A stretch of DNA of 60,238 bases from contig JBGAJB010000001.1 of assembly GCA_044225155.1 (NCBI GenBank), positions 1 through 60,238 on the forward strand, given 5' to 3'. Origin of the DNA: Phycisphaerae bacterium (GTDB lineage Bacteria; Planctomycetota; Phycisphaerae; UBA1845; Fen-1342). Positions 1 through 8,799 of the stretch are shown here, piece by piece. Under the pieces are notes generated by a model. The model did not search any database, was not told the origin of the DNA, and saw only the letters and a list, made by a program, of their open reading frames with translations. The translations under genes were made by a program, and so were the position numbers. Every line of letters starts with the position of its first letter. The first letter of the stretch is position 1.

Positions 1-1
1 T

Positions 2-1045
2 CGGCGCTGGGTGGCGCTCTGCGCCGCGGCACAGGCCGCGTCGTTTCTCCCGCTCGTCATCAGCGCTCTGCTGAATGCGGGCAGCACCTGGCTGATCTTC
101 GCGCTGGCCACGCTCTATTGGGCGACGGGGCTGGCGACGGGCGCCGCGTGGACGACGTGGATCAGCACGCTCATCCCGGTCGAGCGGCGAAAGCGATTCT
201 TTTCGCTGCGTTCGCGCTTCCTGCATGTCGGAACTCTCGTGGGCATGATCGGGTCCGGCGTTGCGTTGCAGGAAAGCAAAGGCCACGTGCCCGAGCTGAC
301 GCTCTTCGCCATTCTGTTCACGATCGCGGGATGCAGTCGCGCGGCTTCGTCATGGTTTCTCGCGCGCCACAGCGAGCATACGCCGATTCCCCCCGGCCTG
401 CGGGAAGTGCACATCGCCGACTTCCTGAAACGATTGCGGAGCGGAGCGGACGGCCGGCTGATTCTTTTCATGCTCTCGATGCAGGCGGGCGTGCAGATGG
501 CCCAGCCTTACATGACGCCCTACATGCTGAAGACGCTCGCTCTGCCTTACCTGCAATACACGATCATTCTGGCGGCTCCCTACATCGCGCGTATTTTCGC
601 GCTCTATGTCGCGGCCCGGCTCGCGTCGCGCTGGCAGCCGCTGCGATTGCTCTGGATCGGCGGACTCAGTCTTTGCCCGATGGCGGCGCTCTGGCTGACC
701 ACGACCGATTGGAAGCTATTGCTCGGCGCAAACATGCTGCTCGGCATGGCCTTCGCCTGTTATGAACTCGCGACGCTGCTGCTCTTTTTCGAGCACATCC
801 CCATTCACGAACGCACCAGCATCGTCTCGTACTACCAGGCGTTTCAATCGGCCGCGATTTTCGGCGGATCGCTGGCCGGCGGCGCGCTGCTGGGCGCATT
901 CCACTCTTCGCCGAGCGGCTATCAGGCCGTCTTTATTGGCTCGACCCTCGCCCGGGCGGCGGCGCTGGTGCTGCTCGTTCGATTTACGCAGGCAGCGCGG
1001 CGCACGCCGGCGATCGAATCCCATGCCAACCCGCCGACCGGCTAG
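2..1045 (+). CDS. Polytopic membrane transporter, MFS-like; 5' end cut by window edge
   Basis: The frame is open from the window edge to TAG 1043-1045. The product has many hydrophobic helices separated by short basic loops (e.g. PVERRKRFFSLRSR). The family assignment is by general pattern only. Confidence 0.55.
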   Translation, partial: RRWVALCAAAQAASFLPLVISALLNAGSTWLIFALATLYWATGLATGAAWTTWISTLIPVERRKRFFSLRSRFLHVGTLVGMIGSGVALQESKGHVPELTLFAILFTIAGCSRAASSWFLARHSEHTPIPPGLREVHIADFLKRLRSGADGRLILFMLSMQAGVQMAQPYMTPYMLKTLALPYLQYTIILAAPYIARIFALYVAARLASRWQPLRLLWIGGLSLCPMAALWLTTTDWKLLLGANMLLGMAFACYELATLLLFFEHIPIHERTSIVSYYQAFQSAAIFGGSLAGGALLGAFHSSPSGYQAVFIGSTLARAAALVLLVRFTQAARRTPAIESHANPPTG

Positions 1046-1083
1046 AATTGCGCCGCAACTCCATTCATCCGGGAGAAAAACGC

Positions 1084-1398
1084 ATGATCGTGGTGAACAC
1101 GGAGACCGTGCCGGGCAAGCAGATCGTGGAGCTGAAGGGTCTTGTGCAGGGCAACACCGTGCGCGCGAAGCACGCCGGACGCGACATCGCCGCGAGCTTC
1201 AAAAATCTCGTCGGCGGCGAACTAAAGGGCTACACCGAGCTGCTGACCGAGTCGCGCCGCGAAGCGCTGATGCGCATGATGCAACAGGCTGAGCAGCTTC
1301 AGGCCAACGCCGTTGTGAATGTGCGTTTCACGACCGGCGCGATCACCGCCGGCGCGGCCGAATTGTTCGCTTACGGCACAGCCGTCGTGGTGGCGTGA
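1084..1398 (+). CDS. YbjQ/UPF0145 family protein (putative heavy-metal-binding domain)
   Basis: MIVVNTETVPGK...GGELKGYTELL...VVNVRF...AELFAYGTAV follows the YbjQ family pattern. ATG 1084 fits the family N-terminus better than the upstream alternative start. Confidence 0.85.
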   Translation: MIVVNTETVPGKQIVELKGLVQGNTVRAKHAGRDIAASFKNLVGGELKGYTELLTESRREALMRMMQQAEQLQANAVVNVRFTTGAITAGAAELFAYGTAVVVA

Positions 1399-1859
1399 TG
1401 GAAGCCCTTATCTCCCTGATTGCGGCGGTGTTTTTCCTGATCCTGGGCGTCTCTTTTGGGCGCTGGCGCGAGCAGGCGCACCTGGCGAGCCTGGATCAGC
1501 GCGAAGCCGCATTTCGCGGGATGCTGGTGACGAACCTGCGGACGCCGACTGATCCCGAAACCATCACAAGCGCGACGCTCGTCGGCGGAGACGTCGTGAT
1601 TGCGTCGGACTATTTCAAGACCTTCGTCTCGAGCTATCGAAAACTGATCGGCGGCGAGATGAAGGCTTATGAAACGCTGGTACGCCGCGCGCGGCGCGAA
1701 GTGACGCTGCGCGTGATCGAGCAGGCGCGGGCTCTCGGCGCGACCGAAGTTTGGAACGTGCGCATCGAGTTGGCGCGCGTCGGCGAGCACGATGCACGCG
1801 GAAACGGCGTCATGTGCGAGGCGTTTGCATATGGCACCGCAATCACGCGCAAGCGATAA
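1398..1859 (+). CDS. Membrane-anchored YbjQ-like domain protein
   Basis: An N-terminal TM helix (LISLIAAVFFLILGVSF) is followed by a YbjQ-like core (GGEMKAYETL...VWNVRIE...CEAFAYGTAI). The ATG overlaps the stop of the previous gene (TGATG). Confidence 0.75.
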   Translation: MEALISLIAAVFFLILGVSFGRWREQAHLASLDQREAAFRGMLVTNLRTPTDPETITSATLVGGDVVIASDYFKTFVSSYRKLIGGEMKAYETLVRRARREVTLRVIEQARALGATEVWNVRIELARVGEHDARGNGVMCEAFAYGTAITRKR

Positions 1860-1864
1860 GCACC

Positions 1865-2863
1865 ATGACGCGCCGTGACGATTCCGTCTTTCATGAACCG
1901 CATCTGCGGCCGCGGCCACGGTCTGACTCTGATCCCGCTCAACCCCGCGTCGATCCGCACGACGTGCGACACGAGGCGCACCTGACCGGCGGCGGGCCCA
2001 TCGGGCGCGATCTCGCCTGTCCGTGCTGTGGCTACAACCTGCGCGGGATGCCCGTCGGCGCTCCCTGCCCCGAATGCGGCGACAGACCAGCCCATCCGCC
2101 CGGGGCCGAGCCGGTCGCGCTGCACAGCGTTTATGACGAAGTACACGTGCTTCCCGCCGGCGCGCCGCGGCTCGTCGAACAGGACTGGTCGTGCAGTCAT
2201 TGCGGCTACAACCAGCGCGGGCTGCTTCAGGGGCATCCGTGCCCCGAGTGTGGGAAGGTCGAGCTTTATCGACCTCCGCCCGGCGGGGCGGAGAGCTATG
2301 GCACCTGGCTCGCGACCAACATGGCGGCTGTCTCGCCGCGGCGCTCTTGGCAAATTGCCATTCTGCTCGCACTGGCGGCGGGCGTTGTGGGTGTGCCGGC
2401 CACGTTTCTGCAGACTTTTTCAGGCGGAGTCGGCGCCGGCATCATGGGCATCTTCGGGGCGGTGCTCGTCGCGCCGCCGATCGAAGAACTCATGAAAGTG
2501 CTCGTGCCGCTGGTGGCGGTCGAGACGCGGCCCTATTGGTTTCGTTCGCCACTGCAGGTCATGGTGGCGGCCACCGCCGGCGGCCTGGGCTTCGCGATTC
2601 TCGAAAACACTCTTTATCTGACGGTCTACATCTCGAATCCGGGAACCAAATTAATCCTTTGGCGCTGGATCGTCTGCACATCGATGCACACCGGATGCTC
2701 GTTCTGGGCCAGTCGCGGACTTTGTCGCATCTGGGATCGGACCGTGCGCGAGGGCCGGCCGCCGAGGCTTGAACTGGGCTATTCGGCGCTGCTGACGGCG
2801 ATGATCATTCACGGCGGGTACAATCTGGCCGCGATCGCATTGGAAATGCTGCACATCCTTTGA
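1865..2863 (+). CDS. PrsW-family intramembrane protease with two N-terminal zinc ribbons
   Basis: Two zinc ribbons, CPCCGYNLRG..CPECG (2018-2080) and CSHCGYNQRG..CPECG (2192-2254), precede a multi-TM domain. That domain carries the PrsW-type motifs EELMK and HGGYN. Confidence 0.75.
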   Translation: MTRRDDSVFHEPHLRPRPRSDSDPAQPRVDPHDVRHEAHLTGGGPIGRDLACPCCGYNLRGMPVGAPCPECGDRPAHPPGAEPVALHSVYDEVHVLPAGAPRLVEQDWSCSHCGYNQRGLLQGHPCPECGKVELYRPPPGGAESYGTWLATNMAAVSPRRSWQIAILLALAAGVVGVPATFLQTFSGGVGAGIMGIFGAVLVAPPIEELMKVLVPLVAVETRPYWFRSPLQVMVAATAGGLGFAILENTLYLTVYISNPGTKLILWRWIVCTSMHTGCSFWASRGLCRIWDRTVREGRPPRLELGYSALLTAMIIHGGYNLAAIALEMLHIL

Positions 2864-2873
2864 AGTCACACAC

Positions 2874-4265
2874 ATGAGCGACAACCCGCTTCCCGGATAT
2901 CGAGGTAAGACGCGAGAGATTCTTACGGCGGGCGGTGCGGCCGTCTGGACCGAAGTCGAGTTGATGCTGAGTGACCAGTCGCGCGTGCGCGGCGTGGTGC
3001 TGCCGCGGGCCGAGACGGCCGACGACGCGCACATCGTGCTCAAGCTGCCGAGCGGCTACACGGTCGGGATCGCCGCTGCGCGCGTCACCAGTCTTTCCAT
3101 CCTCGGCCAACGCAACGCTCCGTATGAGGCGCGCGAGATTGAGTTCCCGCGGCGGCCCGGTAAGCCGACCGTCGTATTGCTCGGCACAGGCGGCACGATC
3201 GCCAGCCGGCTCGACTATCGCACGGGCGGCGTCAAACCCGCTTTCACGCCCGGCGAACTGTTCAATCTCGTGCCCGAACTCGCGGACGTGTGCAACCTGG
3301 AAAGCGAGAGCCTGTTTTCCGTGTTCAGCGAGAACATGGGCCCGCAGCAATACATCCCGCTGGCCGAGCGCATCGCCGCCGAGATTCGGCGCGGGGTTGA
3401 CGGCATCGTCATCGGCCACGGCACCGACACGATGCAGCACACGGCCGCGATTCTCACCTTCATGCTGCGCGACACGCCGGTGCCGATCGTGATGGTCGGC
3501 TCGCAGCGTTCGGCGGATCGGCCCTCATCGGACGCGCCGCTGAACTTGATCCACGCCGTGAAAGCCGCGGCCGAAGGCGATGTGGCCGAAGTCACGATCT
3601 GCATGTTCGGACCGACGAGCGATGAGTACGGCCTGCTGCATCGCGGCACGCGGGCGCGCAAGATGCACTCGGGCTATCGCTCGGCGTTTCGCACGATCGG
3701 CGATTCGCCGCTGGCGATGATCACGCAGCACGAGATTCGCTACCTGCGTGATGATTACTGTCATCGCGGCGCCAGTCGGGAACAGCTCAAGGTCTGCACG
3801 GCATTCGAGTCGCGCGTGAGCCTCGTTTACTACTACCCGGGCATGCATCCCGACGTGATCGACGCGCTAGTCGAGCGTGGCTATCGCGGAATCGTATTGG
3901 CGGGCACCGGCCTGGGTCACGTGAACAAGCCGCTCTATCCCGCGCTCGCGCGGGCGCGTGCAGCCGGCGTGCACGTGTACATGACGGTGCAGACGCTCTG
4001 GGGCTATTCGCAGATGTACGTCTACGAGACAGGCCGCGAATTAATGGAGCTGGGCGTCGTGTCGTGTGAAAACATGTTGCCGGAGACGGCCTACATGAAG
4101 CTTTGCTGGGCGCTCGGCCAGTCCAACGACGCGGCGGCCGTGCGGCAGCTCATGCTCACGCCGATCAATCACGAGATCACGCCACGCGAGCCCTTTGACG
4201 GCTATCTGATCTATCAGGGCGGGATTCCCGAGGTACAGCGCTTCCTTCGCTCCATTCACCGCTGA
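2874..4265 (+). CDS. gatD: GatD-like protein (Glu-tRNA(Gln) amidotransferase subunit D type: N-terminal beta domain + asparaginase fold)
   Basis: An N-terminal domain of about 90 aa (DDAHIVLKLPSGYTVGIAAARV) is followed by asparaginase-fold motifs (LLGTGGTIASR, GHGTDTM). Confidence 0.7.
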   Translation: MSDNPLPGYRGKTREILTAGGAAVWTEVELMLSDQSRVRGVVLPRAETADDAHIVLKLPSGYTVGIAAARVTSLSILGQRNAPYEAREIEFPRRPGKPTVVLLGTGGTIASRLDYRTGGVKPAFTPGELFNLVPELADVCNLESESLFSVFSENMGPQQYIPLAERIAAEIRRGVDGIVIGHGTDTMQHTAAILTFMLRDTPVPIVMVGSQRSADRPSSDAPLNLIHAVKAAAEGDVAEVTICMFGPTSDEYGLLHRGTRARKMHSGYRSAFRTIGDSPLAMITQHEIRYLRDDYCHRGASREQLKVCTAFESRVSLVYYYPGMHPDVIDALVERGYRGIVLAGTGLGHVNKPLYPALARARAAGVHVYMTVQTLWGYSQMYVYETGRELMELGVVSCENMLPETAYMKLCWALGQSNDAAAVRQLMLTPINHEITPREPFDGYLIYQGGIPEVQRFLRSIHR

Positions 4266-4398
4266 CGTCCGAGTTTGATGGCCGCATTATCAATGCTCCA
4301 CTCGGGAGAGCTTCGGCCGTTGAGTACAATGCGATCACAACAGCCAGATCGGCGCGGCGCGCGACCCGGATCGCGCGGCCCCCAGGGAGAGAGCACGT

Positions 4399-5757
4399 AT
4401 GCGCAAGTGGACGAGCGTTGCAGCGGCGATCCTCGCGGCAATCGCCTGGTCCCCCCTGCTGACCGGGTGCGACTCAGGCGAGCTCGAACCCGACGGTGGA
4501 TTTGATGAGGGGCGTGCGGAGAAACGCCCGAGTGGCGCAGGATTCTCGCCCGATGTGCTCGTCGATCCGGTCCCACTGCGGAGCGCGACGGCGGCCGGCT
4601 TTGATCATGAGCGCGCCATCAGCGGCTTTGACGATTGGGAGCCGTTCGTCGCCGTCGATCCGACCGGACAGTACGTCTATCAGGTTTCCACGCGCCTCAC
4701 GAACATCTCGCGCATCGCGTTCCGCCGTTCGAGCGATGGAGGCGCGACTTGGGAACTCGACGGATACATCCTCGACGTCGGGCGCGATCAGTATGACCCG
4801 CAGATTCGTGTCGCGAACGACGGCACGATCTATGTGCTATGGCTGGATTTCGACACATTTTTGACGAAATCTTATGACCGGGGCGAGACGTGGACCGATC
4901 CCGTGCGCATCCTCTCCGCGCCGCTCTTCGGCTCGGATCATGGCTGGCTGGCGATCTCGCCCGACGGGCGCGACGTCTATGTCGGATTGAATCGCAGCGA
5001 CAGCTACGTCTGCGCATCACACGATTTCGGCGCGACGTTCAGCGCGCCCATCAAGACCAACGACGACACGCGCTACTGGTTCCACACCGGCGCGGCAGTC
5101 GGACCCGAGGGCAACGCCTACATTGGCGTGGTCGATTTCACCCAGAACTATCACGGCGACGCACATATCGGCGTGCTGCGCTCGGCTGACGGAGGCGCGA
5201 CCTGGCAGTACGTGCGCGTCGACTCGGTGCCTGAGCCGCCGGATTGCTCGTGGGCGCGCGGCTGCTCATTCGGTTTCTTCGGATCGGTCACGGGACTCGC
5301 GGTAGATGCGGCCGGAAAGGTGATGCTGGTCTACAACGGTGGCCTGACGGCCGGAGACAATCAACGCGTCTGGGCGTCCACGTCGTCGGACGGCGGCTTG
5401 ACGTGGAGCACGCGAACGCAGGTCTCCGCGCCGCCGCAACAACTGGAAAACGCGTTTCCGGCCGTCGCGGCGGGGCCGGCTGCAAACGATTTCCGCATTG
5501 TGTGGCAAGGCGGACGCCCCAATGCGTTCAACACCTGGTATCGCCGCACCACGGACGGCGGTGCCACGTTCTCCGTGATTCTGAAACTTTCCGATGCGAC
5601 GACCGGTGCGCCGTACAAGTCGGCCCGCGGCTATCGCTTCCCCTACGGCGACTACATGGGCATCGGCGTCGATGCGAGCGGAATGAATCACGTGATCTGG
5701 GGCGAGGGGCCGAGCTACAACGGTCCGGGCGGCACGTGGTACACGCGCGGCCTCTAG
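4399..5757 (+). CDS. BNR/Asp-box repeat lipoprotein (sialidase-like beta-propeller)
   Basis: The signal peptide has a lipobox (LLTGC). Six Asp-box-like motifs are present (SSDGGATW, SYDRGETW, SHDFGATF, SADGGATW, SSDGGLTW, TTDGGATF). GGAGAG lies upstream of the ATG. Confidence 0.8.
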   Translation: MRKWTSVAAAILAAIAWSPLLTGCDSGELEPDGGFDEGRAEKRPSGAGFSPDVLVDPVPLRSATAAGFDHERAISGFDDWEPFVAVDPTGQYVYQVSTRLTNISRIAFRRSSDGGATWELDGYILDVGRDQYDPQIRVANDGTIYVLWLDFDTFLTKSYDRGETWTDPVRILSAPLFGSDHGWLAISPDGRDVYVGLNRSDSYVCASHDFGATFSAPIKTNDDTRYWFHTGAAVGPEGNAYIGVVDFTQNYHGDAHIGVLRSADGGATWQYVRVDSVPEPPDCSWARGCSFGFFGSVTGLAVDAAGKVMLVYNGGLTAGDNQRVWASTSSDGGLTWSTRTQVSAPPQQLENAFPAVAAGPAANDFRIVWQGGRPNAFNTWYRRTTDGGATFSVILKLSDATTGAPYKSARGYRFPYGDYMGIGVDASGMNHVIWGEGPSYNGPGGTWYTRGL

Positions 5758-5937
5758 GCCGCGTAATCGTTACGGCGCATCGGCTCACATGATGTGCGAG
5801 ATTATCGGCGGCCGAACCATCAGCGCGCTTGCGAAAATGAGCGCCGCGCGAAGACCGGTAAAGCTTCGCGTTGATTCCGATGATGCGAGTTCGTAGACTT
5901 GGGTTAGCCGCACAGGATGGCGGCGGGAGGGGATTCT

Positions 5938-8784
5938 GTGCGCACGCTTCCGACATTTCCTGCTTTCATTGCGCTCGGGTTGCTGGCCGCCTCGGCCGCG
6001 GCCCAGACGCCCACGCTCGTCAAAGACATCAACGCCACCTTCACTCCGACCGGATCGCTGCCTTCGAAATTCACGGTCAGCGGCGGCCGGCTGTTCTTCG
6101 TCGCGGATGATGGAGCACACGGCGACGAACTCTGGGTCAGCGACGGCAGCAGCAACGGAACGAATCTGGTCAAGGACATTTTTCCCGGCGCGCTCGGCGC
6201 GGCGCCGAACGCGCTCGTCGACATCAATGGAATTCTCTTCTTTGCGGCGCGCGACGGCGTTACCGGCACGGAATTGTGGCGCTCCGACGGCACGAGCGGT
6301 GGCACGTTCCTCGTGGCGGACATCCTGAATGACGGTGATCCGAATGGCGGCTCTCGGCCGGACAGCCTCACGAACGTCAACGGCCTGCTGATGTTCTCCG
6401 CGACCGACGCCACGAATGGGCGTGAGTTGTGGAAGAGCGACGGCACTTCGCTCGGCACGACCGTCGTCAAGGACATCTTCCCCGGCACGTCGAGCGGCGG
6501 ACCCGAGCAACTCGTGCCGCTCGGCAGCACGCTCTACTTCTGCGCGAACGACGGCACCAACGGCATCGAGCTTTGGAAATCCGACGGAACGCTCGGCGGC
6601 ACGTCGATGGTGAAGAACATCAACCCGGGCAGCGCCAACAGCTCGCCGACGCAGATGACGCCCGTGGGCTCCAAGATCTTCTTCAGCGCGACCGACGGCA
6701 CGAACGGTTTCGAGCTTTGGAGTTCGGACGGGACGTCCGGCGGAACGGGCATGGTGAAGAACATCAGCTCCGGCGCGAACAGCTCCGCTCCAACCGAGCT
6801 GACCGCCTCCGGCACGCGCCTGTATTTTCAGGCGACCGACACGACGAACGGCGCGGAACTCTGGAAGAGCGACGGTACCGATGCGACGACCAGCCGCGTC
6901 AAGGACATTCGCCCCGGAGTGTCCGGCTCCGTGCCCACCGGATTGACCGCGCTGGGAAGCACGCTCTACTTCGCGGCCGACGACGGCACGAATGGCAATG
7001 AACTGTGGAAGAGCGACGGCACGTCGGCCGGCACGGTGCTCGTCCGCGACATCGACCCGAATTCCGCCTCGTTTCCCAGCTCGCTTACGGCGCTGGGTTC
7101 CACGCTCTATTTCGCGGCCGCGGGACCGACGGCAGGGTCGGAGCTTTGGAAGAGCGACGGCACGTCGAACGGCACGCTGCGCGTGAAGGACATCCGCAGC
7201 GGAAGCGCCGGCTCGGGACTGAACAGCTTTGCCGTCTACAACAACAAGCTCTATTTCCAGGCGGATGACGGCGTAAACGGCATGGAACTCTGGAGCAGCG
7301 ACGGCACGGACGCGGGCACGCAGCTCTTGAAGAACATTGCGCCGGAACTCGGTGCGGCCTCCAATCCCGGGCCACCGGTCGAGATCAATGGCACGATCTA
7401 TTTCGCGGCCGACAACGGCATTGCCGGCATGGAGCTCTGGAAGAGCGACGGTTCCGATGGCGGAACGGTGCTGGTGAAGGACATCAATCCGGGCCTTGGC
7501 GCCAGCCTTCCTTCCGCCTTAACACGCGTGGGCAGCACCCTGTTCTTCGTCGCGACGGATGGCACAAGCGGCACTGAGCTTTGGAAGACCGACGGAACGA
7601 CGCTCGGCACTGTCATGGTGGCCGACATCAACCCCGGCAGCGCCAGCGGCGCGCCGGCCAACCTCACCGCCGTAGGCAGCACGCTGTTCTTCACCGCCAA
7701 CAACGGCGTGAACGGCATCGAACTCTGGAAATCCGACGGGACCGGCGCGGGCACGAGCATGGTGCGCGAGATTCGCAGCGGCACGGCGAATCCGTTCTTT
7801 TCCGGCCTGACGGAATGCGGCGGCCTGCTTTTCTTCCGCGCCGACGACGGAACAAATGGCGCGGAACTGTGGAAGAGCGACGGCACCAGCGGCGGAACCG
7901 TGCTGGTCAAGAACATTCATCCGACGCTCGGCTCAAATCCGAGCAGCTTTGTTTCGGTCGGCAGCATTCTCTACTTCAGCGCGAACGACGGCACGAACGG
8001 CAGCGAACTCTGGCGCTCGGACGGCACAACGGCGGGCACGACGCTCGTCAAAGACATCCAGCCCGGCTCCGTCGGATCGAGCATCTCGGCGATGATGACC
8101 GTCGGCGGCGCGCTTTACTTCAGCGCCAACGACGGCACGCACGGCGCGGAGCTCTGGCGCTCGGATGGCACGACGGCCGGTACGACGCTGGTGACGGACC
8201 TCAATCCCGGCATCTCGAATTCCAGCATCACCAGCCTCTCGCCGTTCAACGGCGGCGTGATCTTCTCGGCCGACAACGGCGCGGACGGCGCGGAACCCTA
8301 TATCAGCGACGGCACGCCCGGCGGAACGTTCTTGCTCGGCGATCTGCGCGTCGGTCCGCTCAGTTCGACGTCGGCGCTCTTTACCGACACCGGCTCGGTC
8401 GCCTATTTCCGGGCTGATGACGGCGTGACCGGCCAGGAGCTGTGGGTTACCGACGGCACTCCCGGTGGCACATCACTGGTCACAGATCTCAATCCGGGCG
8501 TGCGGGCGTCGGAGCCGCAGGGACTGATCGTCGTCGGAAATAAGCTCTTCTTTAGCGCCGACGATCGACTCCGCGGCCGCGAACTTTGGTCGATCGACAT
8601 CTCGACGCCCTGCCCAGGCGACTACAACGGCGATCATCAGGTCGACCTGTCCGACTTGGGCGTGGTGCTGGCTGATTTCGGATGTAATGACGGAAATTGC
8701 ATCGGCGATCTGAACGACGACGGGGCGACGAATCTATCCGATCTCGGCATTGTGCTGGCGCAGTTCGGCCAGCCGTGTCCCTAA
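5938..8784 (+). CDS. ELWxxDGT-repeat secreted protein with C-terminal dockerin-like module
   Basis: GTG 5938 follows GGGAGGGG. The signal peptide is RTLPTFPAFIALGLLAASAAAQ. I counted about 18 units containing G.ELW.SDGT..GT in the translation. The tail is CPGDYNGDHQVDLSDLG...GDLNDDGATNLSDLG...QPCP. Confidence 0.85.
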   Translation: MRTLPTFPAFIALGLLAASAAAQTPTLVKDINATFTPTGSLPSKFTVSGGRLFFVADDGAHGDELWVSDGSSNGTNLVKDIFPGALGAAPNALVDINGILFFAARDGVTGTELWRSDGTSGGTFLVADILNDGDPNGGSRPDSLTNVNGLLMFSATDATNGRELWKSDGTSLGTTVVKDIFPGTSSGGPEQLVPLGSTLYFCANDGTNGIELWKSDGTLGGTSMVKNINPGSANSSPTQMTPVGSKIFFSATDGTNGFELWSSDGTSGGTGMVKNISSGANSSAPTELTASGTRLYFQATDTTNGAELWKSDGTDATTSRVKDIRPGVSGSVPTGLTALGSTLYFAADDGTNGNELWKSDGTSAGTVLVRDIDPNSASFPSSLTALGSTLYFAAAGPTAGSELWKSDGTSNGTLRVKDIRSGSAGSGLNSFAVYNNKLYFQADDGVNGMELWSSDGTDAGTQLLKNIAPELGAASNPGPPVEINGTIYFAADNGIAGMELWKSDGSDGGTVLVKDINPGLGASLPSALTRVGSTLFFVATDGTSGTELWKTDGTTLGTVMVADINPGSASGAPANLTAVGSTLFFTANNGVNGIELWKSDGTGAGTSMVREIRSGTANPFFSGLTECGGLLFFRADDGTNGAELWKSDGTSGGTVLVKNIHPTLGSNPSSFVSVGSILYFSANDGTNGSELWRSDGTTAGTTLVKDIQPGSVGSSISAMMTVGGALYFSANDGTHGAELWRSDGTTAGTTLVTDLNPGISNSSITSLSPFNGGVIFSADNGADGAEPYISDGTPGGTFLLGDLRVGPLSSTSALFTDTGSVAYFRADDGVTGQELWVTDGTPGGTSLVTDLNPGVRASEPQGLIVVGNKLFFSADDRLRGRELWSIDISTPCPGDYNGDHQVDLSDLGVVLADFGCNDGNCIGDLNDDGATNLSDLGIVLAQFGQPCP
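6010..8600 (+). repeat. Coding tandem repeat array, ~48-aa ELWxxDGT units (~18 copies)
   Basis: The periodic motif LVKDI.PG..S.P..LT..G..L(Y/F)F.A.DG.NG.ELW.SDGT..GT recurs throughout the translation. Confidence 0.8.
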
Positions 8785-8799
8785 GCACCGGAACGGCGA

